Assembly (NCBI GenBank): GCA_013265495.1
Contig: MU058009.1
Coordinates: 3,055,780 to 3,119,779, forward strand
DNA length: 64,000 nt
Reading direction: 5' to 3'
Source: Vicugna vicugna
Lineage: Eukaryota
Below, one piece after another: positions 11,945 through 26,075 of this stretch (position 1 is the stretch's first letter; each line of letters opens with the position of its first letter). A model generated the notes under the pieces. It was given only the letters and a program-made list of their open reading frames with translations. It made no database searches and had not been told where the DNA came from. A program made the translations under genes and the position numbers.

Positions 11945-14074
11945 GTGGTAAAGGAAAAATCTGAAGAAGGCAGAGGAGATGGAGATAGATCACGGGTATG
12001 CAGGGTGCTCAGTGAAACCTTCTTAGATGATGTGGGGCTTACCCGGGACCTGGCAGTTGGCAGGAGCTTGGTGCTGATGAGGCCCGGGGGCCATTACACT
12101 GGGGGAGGATGCGGTAAACAAAGACACACAGGTACACATGTGGAGGTGTGCTCGAGTGAGACGCCAGGCTGGGCTGGAGACTGTGGGCCAGGGAGTCCTT
12201 CGGAAGCCCTTGACTGCTGAAGTTAGGAGTCTGCACGTTGTACCCTTGGCAGGGAGAAGCCATCGGAGGACTGTGGCGCACACCACAGAGACAAACAGTC
12301 CGTCCAAGTAAGACCTGAGGTTTGTAAATATTTGCTCCAGCTATTGAAAACGACACCAGAGACCCATATCTCGAGTGACCTCACTGTGCGTTGCTTTGCG
12401 ATAGTGAGCTTGGATTGGGTGAACTCGTCCTGTGTCCACTCTGGAGCTCTTGGCAAATATTCGGCCCCCTGGCTGGTTGGACTTGAAGGTATGGTCTGTA
12501 ATCAGATGAGAGCTTGTCTGTGGCCCACGTGGCCTGGTTTATGTGGGGATCAGGCCAAATGAACAGAATCCCTAATGTTCTGAGAGCCATGGAGACCTGG
12601 CGGATGTGCTAGTCAGGAAATGCTGGTGGGGCAGGGGGAGCTCCGAGGAAGGAAAGGCTGGCTCATCGAATGGAGAGATGGTAGAAAACACAACGCAGTT
12701 TCAAGCAGCTCAGGTTTCGTTGGCCGCCACGGCACGCTGCCCAGGTGGTTCCCCCCTCGCTCCATTAGAATCTCAGCACCTAGGTCATAAAGAACCAGAG
12801 CCCCATGGAAGACTGAAGCCTGTGCTCAGTCAGTCAGTCGTTTGGTCTATAGGGTGCGGACTGATTTCAAAGGAAACTGCTGTTTGATCTCAGTTGTCGG
12901 TGGCTGCGGCGGCACATCAGCTCAGACCCGGCGTCTGACGCAGCTGGCGCGCCGGTGCCCGCGCCTGGCGGTTCCTGTGGGCGACCCTGCAGTCGCCACG
13001 GACTGTGCGGCCACGATGACCAGCTTGTCAGCACTCCACGCTGGTGGCCAGGAGTTTCCACCGGTCCTGGAGGGCTTAGCTCAGGGTGTGAGCCATGCTG
13101 TGGGAAGCCTTCTTGCCCTGACCTTGGAACCAAGCCTGGCATTTCCGGCGGGCGAGCTCGCCGCTTGTCTGTGTCCTTCCAGTTACGCAGAGTTCTGTTT
13201 AGAAGGACTTTGTTGCTGGTTCTTTAGAGGCCAGGACTGTGTTCCTATCAGAGGGAGAACCCAAATTCAAAGCAAATGCAAGCTGACCAGACCCTTCTAA
13301 CGTGTAAGCCCTTAGATTTTATTTATAACTAGCATGTTAACGCTGGATGTTAAACTGCACGGGGTTCTCTGCACCTGCGCTTCTTTCCCTAAGGTCTCTC
13401 TCTCAGTGGAGAATTGTAAACCAAACCTATTTCTTTTCTATAGCAACCCTTGGCCCCGATTATCCTCTAACGTTGAGACAGTGCTTGTAAAACACCCTTA
13501 CCATTTGGCACTTGGCATATTGTAAGCTCTGAATAAATGGTGGATAAAACAACACTTACAGTTACTCCCACACATGCTAACTGTAGCCTCAGCAGCAGCT
13601 CCCCTAGTCTAGAATCACCTATATTTGGGTTTCTGATGAACAGTCAAGTGGTGACACTGGCTGCAATAATCAGGGAAGGAAGAGGTGTTGGCTCCTCTGG
13701 TGTGGCCAGCAGTCCCGGTATCAGCTCTAAGTGCTGATCCAGGACGGGGTGTGTGCTTCCTAGATATGGCAGGGATTGATGGCCTGTCCTGTTTTCTTTG
13801 TCAGCTGTAAGTCATTCAATAGAAAAATCCAAAGCTAGAAGAAATTTTGTGGTGGTAGTTTATTGTTCCTAGTTTTACCCATTAAATTTTCTTAAGTTAG
13901 AGAAATAATTATTCATCTTTTTGTCTATGGCTTCAGTATTGTTCTGGACACAATGAGATACAGAAAAAGAGTTCCTGTGATCAGAAATTTATCATTTAGC
14001 TAAAGAAGACATTCATACATGAAAACAGTAAATAAAGAACCTCAGGGAAACATTTTCAAAACTTCCTAGATACT

Positions 14075-15648
14075 ACCCAATGTGATCTACAGATCGAATG
14101 CAATTTCTGTCAAAATACCAATGATGATTTTTGCAGAAATAGAAAAATTTATCCCTTAATTTCAAATGGAATCTCAAGGGACCACAAATAGCCAATAAAA
14201 TCTTGAAAAAGAGCAAAGTTGAAGGTCTCACCCTTCCTGATCTCAAAACTTACTACAAAGCTATGGTAATCAGCACAACATGGTACAGGCATAAAGACAG
14301 ACATGTAGACCAGCAGAACAGACAGCCCAGAAATAAACGCTCCATATATAGTCAAAAGATTTTAAACAGAAGTTCCAAGACCGTTCAAAGAGGAAAGGAC
14401 AGTTTTTTCCCCCAACAAACAGTGCTGGGAAAACTGGATATCCACTGCAAAAGAATAAAACTGGACATTTATCTCATACCATACACACGAATTAACTCAA
14501 AGTGGATAAAAAAATCTAAATGTAAGGGCTAAAATTGTAAAACTCTTAGAAGAAAACTCAAGGGGAAAGCTCATGACATTGGATTTGGCAATTTTTTTTT
14601 GAATATGACACCAAAAGCACAGGCAACAAAAGAAAAAAATAGATAAATTGTATTTCATCCAAATTTAAAACTGTGCATCAAAGGACACTATCGACAGAGT
14701 GACAAGACAAGCCGCAGAATGGGAGACAATCTTTGCAAATCATCTATCTGATAAGGGATTGATATCTACAAAGAACTCCTACAACACAGCAACAACAACA
14801 AAAGCAACTCAATTAAAAAACAGTCAAAGGACTAGACATTTCCCCAAAGGAGATACACAGGTAGCCAAACAGCACATGAAGCTCAAACGCTTGATGCTCA
14901 ACAGCAGTAGCCCTTAAGGGAACGCCGATTAAAACCACGCCTCCACACCACCTCTCACCCACTAGAGCAGCTGCTATAAAAACAAAACCAAACCAGAAAG
15001 TAACAGGCGTAACAAGGTAGTGGAGAAATTGGAATCCATGTGCGTTGCTTGTGAGAATGTAAGACGGTTCAGCCACTGTGGAAGACAGTATGGCAGTTCC
15101 TTAAAAAGTTGAACATTGAATTTCCATATGATCCAGCAATTCCACTCCTGGGTCTATGCCCCAAAGCATTGAAAGCAGGAACTCAAACAGATACATGAAC
15201 ACCAACATTCACAGCAGCATTATTCACAATAGCAAAATGTGGAAACAACCCAAATGTCCATTGACGGGCTAATAAATAAATAAAATGCAATGGAATATTA
15301 TTCAGCCTAAAAAAGGAATGACAATTCTGAAACATGATACAGTATGAATGAACCTTAAAGATACCGTGCCAAGTGATGTAAGCTGGACACAAAAGGACAA
15401 CTATTTTGCGATTCCACCTACACGAGCAGTCAGATTTATAGAGACAGGAGTCGTGGTTGCCAGGAGCTGGAGGAGGGGTGCAGAACTGGGAAGTTATTGT
15501 TGAATGGATATGGGGTTTTAGTGTCAGGAAGCTGAAAGGGTTCTGAGATGATAGTGGTAACAATTGCACAATAATCCCAATGAACTGTACACTTAAAATG
15601 GTTAAAACGATTAGTTTTATGTTATGTTTATTTTACCACCATTTAAAA
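14075..15648 (+). mobile_element. L1 (L1MB-like) ORF2 C-terminus and 3' UTR, decayed
   Basis: ORF 14203-14532 (KKSKVEGLTLPDLKTYYKA...WYRHKDRHVDQ) is ORF2p-like but broken by stops and frameshifts. Ends with 'ttttatgttatgtttattttaccaccatttaaaa'. Confidence 0.9.
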
Positions 15649-15802
15649 GAATTCCCGAGGAATCCAGAAAAAAAAAAAATCCCGTGGGAGAGAATGGAGA
15701 AGGATGGCTTCTTGGAGGAGCAGCGTCTTTACGGAAGTAATGAGTGCAGATTGGCAGAGGAGGACTGAAGAGCGCTCCTCAAAAGCTCAAAGCTGGGTCT
15801 GG

Positions 15803-16775
15803 TTATGGGAAAAAATATTTGCAAGCCACGTATCTGATAAAGCGTTAATACAGAGAATATACAGGGAACTCATACAACTCAACAGCAAAAAACCCAGTTA
15901 AAAAATGGGCAAAGAATGAGATTAGATATTTTTCCAAAGAAGATATATGAGTGGTCAACAGGTACTTTGCACGAGAAGCTACTTGGCATCACTAGTAATC
16001 AGGAAAAGGTGAGTCAAAACCACAGCGAGGCAGCCTTTCGCCCTCGTCAGAGTGGCTGCCACCAGCAAGACAAGAGAAGCAAATGCTGATGTGGAAGAAA
16101 AGGGAGCCATCTTGCACCGCGATGGAAACGGGCTGCAGGGCCCTCAGAAAATTAAAATTAGAATTAGCATATGATCCAGGAATTCCACTTCCGGGGATAT
16201 ACCCGAAGAAAACTAAAACACTGTGTCAGAGAGGTTTCTGCACCCCGGTGTTCATGGCAGTGTTACTTACAACAGCCAAGACATCAACAGACCAGTGGGT
16301 AAGGAAGGCGTGCCCATATGTATGTATTTGTGACAACATGGATGGACCTTGAGAGCATTATGCTAAATGGAACACGTCAGACGGAGAAAGACAAGTACGA
16401 TATGATCTCACTTCTATGTGGAATCTGAAACAACAGAAACAACCAAACCCCCAGAAGGAGAGATCACATTTGTGGTTAACTGGGGTGGGAGTGGGGGGAG
16501 GAGAACTGGATGAAGGAGGTCAAAGGGCACAAACTTCTAGTTATAAGATACATAAGTGCTGGGGATGCGGCGCACAACCTGATGACTGTGGGTAACACCA
16601 CTGTATGATAAATAGGAAAGTTGTTAAGGCAGTACATGCTAAGAATTCTCATCACAGAAAAAACATCTTTTGTGTGTCTATGTGAGATGATGGATGTTAC
16701 CTACACTTACCGCGGTGATCACTGTATGATACATGTAAGTCAAACCATACTGTATCTCAGTAAAGCTGGAAAGAA
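15803..16775 (+). mobile_element. Second L1 3' fragment (L1MA9/Art-like)
   Basis: ELAYDPGIPLPGIYPK ORF2 remnant, a G-rich 3' UTR, and terminus 'tatctcagtaaagctggaaa'. Confidence 0.85.
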
Positions 16776-19700
16776 CACCGGAGGGTCTGGTTAAGAAATG
16801 TGTGGAGAGTGCAAAGAGGGCTGGTCTGGGGGGAGCCGTGGATAGGACCCCGGCTCTGTGAGCGGTGAGGCTGGATGAACATGGGCGGTGGGGTGAGTCT
16901 GCAGGAGGAGGGCTGCGTCGTGGTGGCTGGGAGGGACCGGGCAGGCTCCGGGGTGGAAGCCCCCTGCCAGGGAGAGGAACCAGTGCTGCTGTGTTATCAG
17001 AGTGATCGCGGAGAGAAACAGCAGGAAAAGGGCTCAGGGAGAAAGGCTAGGATTCTGCTGGTGCCACCAGGCCTGAGGTAGCAGGGCCAGGGGGCCGGGA
17101 GGTGTGGGAGCAGGGGCCCGGGCAAATCTTTGCAGCTGAGTGCCACCCCCACCTTCTCCTCTTGGTCACCTGTGGTCGTCTGGGTCCTCTGCAGTGAGGA
17201 CGGAGGGTCAGATCACTCCCACCCCCTCTGTTTACAGCTGTTCTGTGTGGGCCTCTTAAACGCGAGTCAGACGTCTCAGGGATAGAGACCGTCTGTCTGG
17301 GAGAACTTCTCCGAACTGTTGTCTTGTTCAGTAGATGAGAGAGTCGGATTAGATGGTAATTTGGGCTCTGAGTAATGATTTCTCAGCTCCTACCATGCCC
17401 AGGCACTGCTGGAAGGCAAACATGACAGTGAACAAGATGACAGGCCTCTGATCGCACATGGGCCAAAGTGCCCAGCCCAGCACCCGGCGCAGAGTAGAGG
17501 CTTAAGATGACACCTGCTGTTTTCACTGCTCCTCACGGTTCTAGGTGTGCCCTCGGGGTCATCCTTCATCACTCTGTCACTGCTCTTGTGTGCTGTTTGC
17601 ACACACAGCTCTTCCCCGCCTCTTTCTGGTTGCTGTAAAGCTAATCCCAGATCGCCCCCTGGCATGAGGTCACCAGGCGTGAAGCAGGACTGACACTGCC
17701 TAGCAACTGGGAAAATAGCTCCCGCGCCTCCCCCGGGACTCCAGGACCTCATCCCTGGGGCACGTGGGAACGGAAGAGCTTCAGTGAAAGAAAGAGACAA
17801 ACAAACTGAATTGGTCCCCAGGCATCAGGCTTCATGCGCCTGGCTCCCAGGGGGACGATCTTATTTGCGTCCTGCTTAACCACTCTCTCAAGACCCAACA
17901 CGTACCCAAAGGGGTCAGCTGGGAGGGAGAAGATCAGGGTTGGAAAATCTATAGACCCTGCGCCCGGAGATACACACACGCTTGTGCACGCGCACACAGG
18001 GCGCTGCACAGGTTCGCACGCACAGGCGGTGGGGGAGGACTTCCTGTCCCGTCAGTCTGTGCCGAGTCAGGGAGCTGGTGGCACGTCAGAGCCACCATCC
18101 GCCCTGCGTGTCCGCCAGTGAATGAGGACAAAAGTTGCTCAGGTCAGAGATGTTGTGCGTCCCTGTGTGATGGTTGTGCACTCCCCTTCCTGGTCCTTCT
18201 CCGTCGCAGACTCCCAGGCGGGCAGGCTCAGCGGCCCGAGGACAAAGTGCTGCTGCCAGCCCCGCCGGGCGAGGGAGGGGCGGGTGCCGAGGAACCCGCT
18301 GGCTCCCGTCCGCAGCGGCCGGTGGTCCTGGTCTGCTTGTGGGCGCCTCGGGGGCTCGGTCCCCGTAGAGCGGTGATTTGAAGGCAATGAGAGGTTTTCC
18401 GGCAGGACAGCTATGCCGAAGAATTTTCTGCCAGATTGCTGAGTCAGGGGCAGGAGCTGGGTGGAGTGAGAGATGTGGGGACCCTGCGAGAATTGCTCTG
18501 CCCCCTCGTCCCCTGCTCCGTGGAAAGCAGTATGAGTGAGAACTTAAGAGTACAGGCCTGGAGAGGTGAAGTGTCCACCTGTGAGGGTCGCTCATCCCCC
18601 CAGGAGGAGGGTGCGGCTGGCCGACTTGCACGCGGCAGCTTAGCATGGTGGGGCCCCGGGCCAGGCTGGCGGGGGCGGAGTCCTGGGTCTGCCAGTCCCT
18701 GGCTGTGGCCCAAGGCAAGTCCTCCTGTGTACATGGCTCCGAGGGTGGGTGTGAGAAATCCCGGGGGCCCTGGTCATTTCTCTTACGCTAACCACCTAGC
18801 CTTTGGGTGCATTTTCGTACCTCTGCATCCACAGCCACCTCACCTGGGGCGCCTTTATCTGGTCAGATGTCATCAGCTCTCCTGTCCCTCGGTCTCTGGC
18901 CTTGACGGCTTTACCCTTAGTCGATCGCTTCCTGTCTTTGGGCAGATCCTTTACGTCACCATCCGTGCTCCTGCTGGGCACACCTTGACTTCCTTCACAA
19001 CTTCTTGTCCAGTTCTCCGGGCATCAGATAATGCCTGTTGTTCTGACCCTTTGACCAACTCCTAGCTTCTTAGAAAATTATCATGCCCGAAGCCTAAATA
19101 TAACATTTATACGGTAAGTTAATACGGCCAGGTTTTAAAAACTATTAACCCAGTTCACATGAGCTTGGACTCAGTGCTTTGACTCCTTCGGTCATAATCT
19201 GAGTCTCAGGATGGGGCTAGAGCCAGGGTTTCTGGTGTTGACCTTGTAACAGTTTCCTCCTGTGGAGCTGAGGTAAGAACTAGAATGGTTTGGGAGGCAG
19301 AGCTAATCCAGGATGAATCTGAAATGAAAGGGGGCCTGGAGAAGTGATCATCTCCCCGTTCTTACTTCCGACACACTCCGAAGTTCGCTGCCATTTGGCT
19401 TCCACTCTCACCACTTAATTGAAATGGCTTTTGCTGGAGTCAGTAATGTGTCCTCTATTGAATGGGCATCACTGACACTTTGGGGGCCTGTCCTATATTT
19501 TAATACAAACTCGTATCTATTCAAGGTATTATTCCAAGTCCCAGTGGCTGACACCATCACAAGCATTAGAAAGAGTGAGTTTAGGCATGGTTTTCCGTGG
19601 AAATCTGGAATCTCCAGAAATTATTAAAATTACAAAGAGGTTGGTTTTTATAAGCGTTTCCCCTCAGCTCTGGCTAACTATCAGCACATTAAAATACTGA

Positions 19701-20404
19701 CATTGGCTTTGGTCATGAAGCAGAACTGCAGGGTGTAGAAAACTTGTTTTAATCCTTACTCAGGAATGATACTTACGCAAAGCTCTTCGGTGAGATGTAC
19801 TCTCATGTGTGTCGGGAAAACAGCATCCTGCATGTGCACGTTCCCAGGTAATGTTAACCAGAGTGGAAAATAAGGTGAACCAATGCTATTACACATGTCC
19901 TTGTGCTGGGAAATTTCTCAAGTCATGGCGTCATGTTCAGGAAATAATACTCAAAAACGTAAATTCTTGGACAGAATTTCTCTCTGTAAGCCTCTTTCAA
20001 ATTCTTCAGTTGACAGCAAAACTTAAAAAAAAACTTTAACTATGAACTCTTAGCTTGCTGTGTTTCAGTTTTTCCTGAATCTTAAAATTTTCTAAGTGCC
20101 ATTAAATAGATTATCATCTGTTTCTTCTTAAAGAGCTAATGTCCCCAGAAGGATCATTATCGACGTCATCTGATTCAAAATTGACCCCTTTAGCTGTTTG
20201 GCTCTGGGACAAGAGCTATCCGGATGATGGGCTGGGCCACCTTTGTAGGAAAGCTGTCTTCTTCCACATCTGACCATCCTTCCCAGTCAGCCCTAGGAAC
20301 ATGTCAGGAGCGTGGCTTGTTGCAGACTTAGAGGCAGCTGTACTAGACTGACTTCTAGATGACCCTGAGCTCCTCCCACTTTGAGTAGAAGCATCTAGAC
20401 CAGT

Positions 20405-20520
20405 GCCGGGTTTACCAGTTGATTGCAAAGGATACAGCTCAGGAAGAGGCAAATGACGTGGGGTTGCGGGGCGTTTCCATGCCCTCCGATGTGGCGCCGC
20501 CCTCCCAGCTCATCCGCAGG
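20405..20520 (-). mobile_element. MER21-like LTR fragment
   Basis: 'tttaccagttgattgcaaaggatacagctcaggaagaggcaaatg...ttccatgccctc...gccctcccagc' resembles the recalled MER21 consensus. Confidence 0.5.
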
Positions 20521-20629
20521 CACTGAGGGGGCCATGCCACTTGCTTCTACCTTCCTTGTCCCCCTGACCGCTCCCTCCTGGGCACACTCTGTTTCCTTCT
20601 GTGACACCACACACTCCTGGCCAGCGTCC

Positions 20630-21463
20630 TGCTTCTCTGGCCATTTATTGTCTGTCTCCTTTGATGGAGTTTTCTGTCTGCCCAACCTTTACGGGGCTCT
20701 CAGGTTTTGATCCTAGACCTTTCCTTCTCTTTACTTCCCTCTGGAACCTCTCACCCTCTTCGATGGGTTCAAGTACCATCACAGGAAGACAGCTCCCGAA
20801 CTCACGTCTGTAGTAGGACTGCGGCCCGGAGCTCTCTGCTCACATGTGCGGCGCCGGCCCATCTTACCTGCTACCCCCGTTCCGCCCACCTCTCTCTCTC
20901 CTCTGCCCCTCCTGTGTCCACACCACTGTCCTCCCCAGCCTCCTTCGACCACTGGGACAGCCTCTAAGAGGCCTCCCTACCTCTGCTCCGATGTCTTCTG
21001 TGCTCAGCAGCTAAAGCGATTATTTACAAATGCAAGCCAGACTCTGTCATTGGCCTGTGCAACACCCTTCAGTGGCTCATCATTATTCCTAGACTGTTCC
21101 AGTATTCTTCACATGGCCTCTTAGTTTTTTCATGATCTGGCTCCTGGTCATGTCTTCAGCCCTCTGCTTGCTTTCTTTTGGGTTCTTGAATTAACCAAGT
21201 TTCTATCCATCTCAGAGCCTTCTCGCACCCACTCGCAGGTGTGAGATCCAGGTGTGCCCCTTTATACACTCAAGTGGTGACACAGACTTCTTCGTGGCAC
21301 TTACCACAATTGCCACTAAATATTTGCAAAATTACTTGTTCACGTCTCTCCCACCGACATGCCCCTTAAAGCCAGGCACCACGTCTCTTTTGTTCAACTG
21401 TTTATCTCTAGTGCTTAGCACAGTTTTATTTGACTCAGTAAATTGCTTTCTGAAGGACTGACT
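20630..21463 (+). mobile_element. L2 fragment including 3' end
   Basis: 'aacacccttcagtggctc' and 'ctagtgcttagcacagt...ctcagtaaattgctttctgaagga'. Confidence 0.65.
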
Positions 21464-21744
21464 AAACCAGTGATAGAGGAAAGGCATGGGAAGATCCTGG
21501 CCTCAGGCTTCTGCCTGAACCTCCGGAGGTGGCTCAGGTTGGTGTCTGTGGATTGAAGTGACGCCCTCTTTCCTCCAGATGTGGATCTCAGACTCCACGG
21601 AGGGGACTGTCTGTGTCAAGGTCTTTGGGTGTCCCTGAGGACAGCACTGTGTGTGACTAAGCGAGATACAAGTTGTCCAGGTGGGTTCCATTGTGAAGAG
21701 GGAGATTGGGACACTGTCTCACTTTGACAAGCAATGAGCACGTA

Positions 21745-21960
21745 GCAATGATGCTGTAGAAAGAGCAGAATTCATTCTCAGACAAGAAATAAACTTGGGT
21801 TTGAATCCCAGCTCAGCAGCCTATTACCTTGAAAAATCAGACAAGTTATTTAACTTCTCCATGCCTCCAAGTGGGGTACCTATGTCACTGGGTTGTGGTG
21901 AGAATTAAATTACATAATCCACGTTAAGGGCTCAGCTCAAGGCCTGGCTCCTGGAAATAA
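21745..21960 (+). mobile_element. MIR SINE
   Basis: 'gggtttgaatcccagctc...gacaagttatttaacttctc...gggttgtggtgagaattaaat'. Confidence 0.75.
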
Positions 21961-22734
21961 CTGGTTACATTTTAATGGTGTTGTTGTGATTGGTGGCTCC
22001 ATCCTCTAATAATAAACGGTTTGACTTTGGCCGGGTTGTTTCCTCCAGCTGTAAGGTCATCATCCTTTTTTGGGACAAGATAACCTCTGTAGTTTCTCCA
22101 GTTTTTGGATTCAGTGATTCAGGGAATGTTTAGGACTCATCCACTCTGGAACTATTTGGAACACTTCCATGGGAGGGGTAGAGAATCCTTCCTCTTGGCA
22201 GCCATGCACACTTGGCCTGTCCTGGAAGACAGGCAAGGATGACACACATGGGAGGGGGAAGTCCAGGCCAGTCTGGCTAGGTCCTGCCTGGAGCCTGGTA
22301 CTTTTGGGTGGAACTGGAGACAGATGTTTCATGACAGCCACATCATGCACATCTTTCTGGGAACCAGAGAAGCAAGATGTGACTTGAATTTATTTTCTTG
22401 GAAAGAAGCTTTTGTTGGCAAGACTCATGCTTTGCCTCATAAATGGGCAGAGGTGCCAACTGAGCAGGAAAAATTGGGTTTGAACCACTTCCTCTCTGCT
22501 GGCCGGGCCCAGGAACATTGCCTCTAAGTCCGTGGTCCTTGGCTCTGGGTCACACTTGCCTTCTCAAGAGGTCCCAGGCTGTTCTTCTGCCCCGTTGGTG
22601 ATCTGCTGTTAATCTGAGACGTGTAATTCGAATCCATTTGGATGAAATGTGTGGGGCGAAAAGACAAGAAGGCAGCGGAGGACAGACTTTACGTAGGAAG
22701 AGAGGGAGGGGTGAAGAATGGAGATATCTCTGTG

Positions 22735-23210
22735 CAGGACATAGGATTCCACCCAGCTGAGCACCAGAAACCCCCAAATTAACAGTGGTTCAAGCCAGAG
22801 GAAGGTGTACTTGTTCCACATATTAGCCCCAGGGAGGCGGATCGGGGTGTTATCTGGTTCCACGGTTCTCAGGACTAGCCTCCTTCTATGAACCACTCCT
22901 CTGCCACCTTGAGCATGCCGTTTGCATCTTGTCCAATCTGCATCCACATCTTCACCCTAGGCAGCTGGGAAAGGAAAGGGAGACGAGAGGAGGGGAAGGG
23001 TATGCCTTCTTTTCAAGGATGTGTCCCAGAAATTGAATGTGTTACTTCCGCTTATATCCCACTGGCCAGTGCTTAGTCTCATGGTACCTGTAGCTACAGA
23101 GACGCTGGGAAATGTGTCTTGGTTCCAAGTGGCCACGCATCCAGCCACCCTTTGTGGGGTTCTGTTACTGAGGAAGAAGTTGAGAACAGGTATTGGAGGA
23201 CACACCCTGA
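22735..23210 (-). mobile_element. MLT1J-like MaLR LTR
   Basis: 'ttacttccgcttatatcccactggccagtgcttagtctcatgg...gctgggaaatgtgtctt...ggttctgttactgaggaagaa'. Confidence 0.7.
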
Positions 23211-23249
23211 AAACAAGAATGGACCCTGTGGAGTGATGTCATAATAGCC

Positions 23250-23470
23250 ACCGTCCACCTCGGGCATCGGCCCTGGAGCCAGGCTGCCAGACCTGACTGG
23301 CATCTTAATTCTACCAGACACCAGCTGTGCCATGCTGGGCACGTTCTGAAGCTCTCTGAACGTCAGTCTCCTCTTCTGTAAGGAACGCTAATAGTAACTA
23401 CTCCAGAGAATCGTCCCCAGAATCAGTCGAGGGGACGTCCGTAAATCGCATGGTGTCCTTCCTGGCAAAC
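23250..23470 (+). mobile_element. MIR SINE
   Basis: 'ctggagccaggctgcc...ctctctgaacgtcagtctcctcttctgtaag'. Confidence 0.6.
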
Positions 23471-24229
23471 GGCTGGAAGCTTACAGTAAATGTGAATGGT
23501 CACGATGCTTGTTTTGGATGTGGGGACTCCCCAGGGATGTCCTTTTCCTTTGGCCCAACTGGAAATGAGGTTTCTAGCTGGCTGTCACCATTCTCATGTC
23601 CGTTACCCACACCCTTTGGAGAGGCCATCATTTTCTCTTCAGATAAATAAATCTCTTGCTTGGATTTTGAGTTCCCCTGAAAGCCAAGATCTCCTGGACA
23701 GGACGGAGCCCTGACATTTCAAAAGTAAAAGCTTACAAAAAGACAGTGTCAGTGAATTCCCTCTTCAGTGGTGCTTAATTCCCTCAAACACACATTTAAT
23801 TTAGGCTTCCTAAAGCAGATACTTACTAATAACGGCTTATTAAAAACACACCCGTGGCTCACGGTGTGGTCGTGGAGCGCCAAGAGCAGTTCCGGCCTCG
23901 GCTTCTGCCTTTTCCTCCACCTGCTATCTCGCGTCAGGGTTTGTGCTTCTAAAGGACTGCATTCATTGCTATTCACTGCAGGAGAACAGCGTGCCCAAGG
24001 CCACTCCTTCCGTCTCCGTCCCAATGACGAACATACCCCAGCCTGTGTCCCTGAAATACCAGGCACACAGTGAGCTCGGGTTCCTGCTGGGCGGCCTTCT
24101 TCTGCAGGCTGTGCGTCCGGCCCCAGGGTTGTGCCTGCTGCTGGCCCGAGGCAGGGCGGGGCTCCCCGTGCTTCTGCGCACAGTGCCGGCATCACCGGGG
24201 ATGACTTCTGGTGAAACTGAAGGATAACT

Positions 24230-24450
24230 GAATGATACCCTGCATTTACGCGGAGGTTTGCAATTCACAGAACATTTTCCTCTGTCAGTGTAAACAACAA
24301 GGACAGTGCTGATCATTTATTGAAGATGTATGCTAAGTATTTTGTATGCGTTCTCTGTAAGTTTTACCCTCCAGCGTAATGGGCATCATTTAATACCAGT
24401 TTTACAGATCAGTAAACTGAGGCTCAGGGAGAAGAGATGACTTCTCCAAG
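24230..24450 (-). mobile_element. MIR SINE
   Basis: 'ccagttttacagatcagtaaactgaggctcagggagaagagatgactt'. Confidence 0.7.
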
Positions 24451-25899
24451 GATGCAAGCTCAAAGGGGGCAACTCTCAAAAGAGGTAAACTTGGGGCTTA
24501 TATGACTTTCCTGATTCCATGGTAGTTTCTTCATCTCTTAAGAGAGCGAAGTAGAAGAAAGAAGAGGACAGACTGGGGCCACACAAGTGCTACCTGGAAG
24601 GGAGCATCTTAGAACTGCAGCTGAAGGGCCCATGCAGGAAGATTCCACGGGATCTAAGCAGCGCAGGAGCCCCTCATTCTTTTGTTGTCTCCCAGGCGCC
24701 TTTCCCGCTTGGGTGAGGACAGCCGCCGTTTCTCAGGGTTATCGGCTAGGAAGGCTCGAGTGAGAGATGCCGTCTTCAGACAGGACAGCCCAAGCTCAGC
24801 GCCGGGGGCAGGCAGTCACGTCAGGAGGCGCTGGTGGGGTGCCTGTTATCAACAACAATGCCATCTTTTCCCTGTTTTCATATTTAATGCTACGGTTTCC
24901 TTGACCTCTTTCATTCTCCAACTGTATCTCTCATGGTGAGAGTCATATTTCTTAAGCATCAGTACATACAGGTTTCCCTGTAATTTCTATAAAACAGATT
25001 CAAATTGCATTATCAATATTACTAGTGACATAGAAACTACTCAGTAGCGTTTAATGGTTCTGTTACCATTTTGATGTGCTGTGCAGTTGGGTTACTTTGT
25101 GTTTTGTGTGTTCAATTTTATGGCTTGTTTTCTTGTCCTATTTGCTTGAATGATGTGGTTTTTATACCTAGAACGCTTACTTACTTGAAATACAAAATAT
25201 TGAAGAACACCTGCTCAGAAGATTTCACCCTCATCTGTAACTTCTGCAGCCTGTGATCTCCAGGGGCCACTTCCACTCGTGTCTGGAGTCCTCTGATTTA
25301 TTTCTTCAAATGTGTGTGTTTTTATGTAATGTATGTAAGTGTGTTTCTACACAGATACTAATATATTAAAAAGAAGGTATTCCTGTTTTTTCCTTTCCTT
25401 ATTAAGGTAACACAAAACGTTTGTTAAGTCTGACGTCACGTGGATTCTAGACCTTACGCAGTTCCAAGTTGTGTATGGTTCAGAGACACGGGCAAGAGCC
25501 GGATGCTGGCCGAGCGGTCTTCCTCAGAAGGCGCAGGGCCTTCCCCAGCTCTCCAGGGTCTTCCCCCTCTTGCGAGATGTATTCTGCTTCCTGTTTAATG
25601 TGCAAAGATCCAGCAGTGAACATGGGTGGCTGCTGCTTTGGCAGAGACGTGTGCAGAGGTCCCACGTGAAGGGTGGCTATTTCCACATCCAGGGAGCAGA
25701 GCTGTCCCTGCAGCTCAGGACAGCCAGAGGGCAGAGGCCCACAGGGAAGGTGAGTGGGGGGGGGTTGCCGAGCTTCCGGGCCCCCTCCAGGCGCCCCTCG
25801 CCTTCCACCTTTGCTGCTCCCCAACCAGGAAACTCAGCACTGCCTTGGACCTTGGACCATGGTCTCATCAGTGCTTTTTTGAGCCCTGTGTGCTCCTCA

Positions 25900-26075
25900 C
25901 TGAGTTAAGAGCCTTACAAACACTGTTTCCCTAAATTCTCACAACGCGCTTGTGACATACACGTTATTGTCTGTTTTACAAATGAGGGAAATGAGGCTCT
26001 GAGGTTAAACCCTGAGGATGCACAACTGATAATGGGTGGACCCAGAATTTGCCTCCAGGTAAATTCCACCCGGCA
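25900..26075 (-). mobile_element. MIR SINE
   Basis: 'gttttacaaatgagggaaatgaggctctgaggttaa'. Confidence 0.65.

Noticed and set aside
14203..14917. Active reverse transcriptase or retron-like system
   Set aside because: These are fragmentary L1 ORF2 remnants with stops and frameshifts. The same applies to 45672-47243 and 54512-54775.
24696..24712. 17-nt micro-exon (cccag|...|gtgagg)
   Set aside because: The splice signals are plausible but expected by chance at this length. No independent support.
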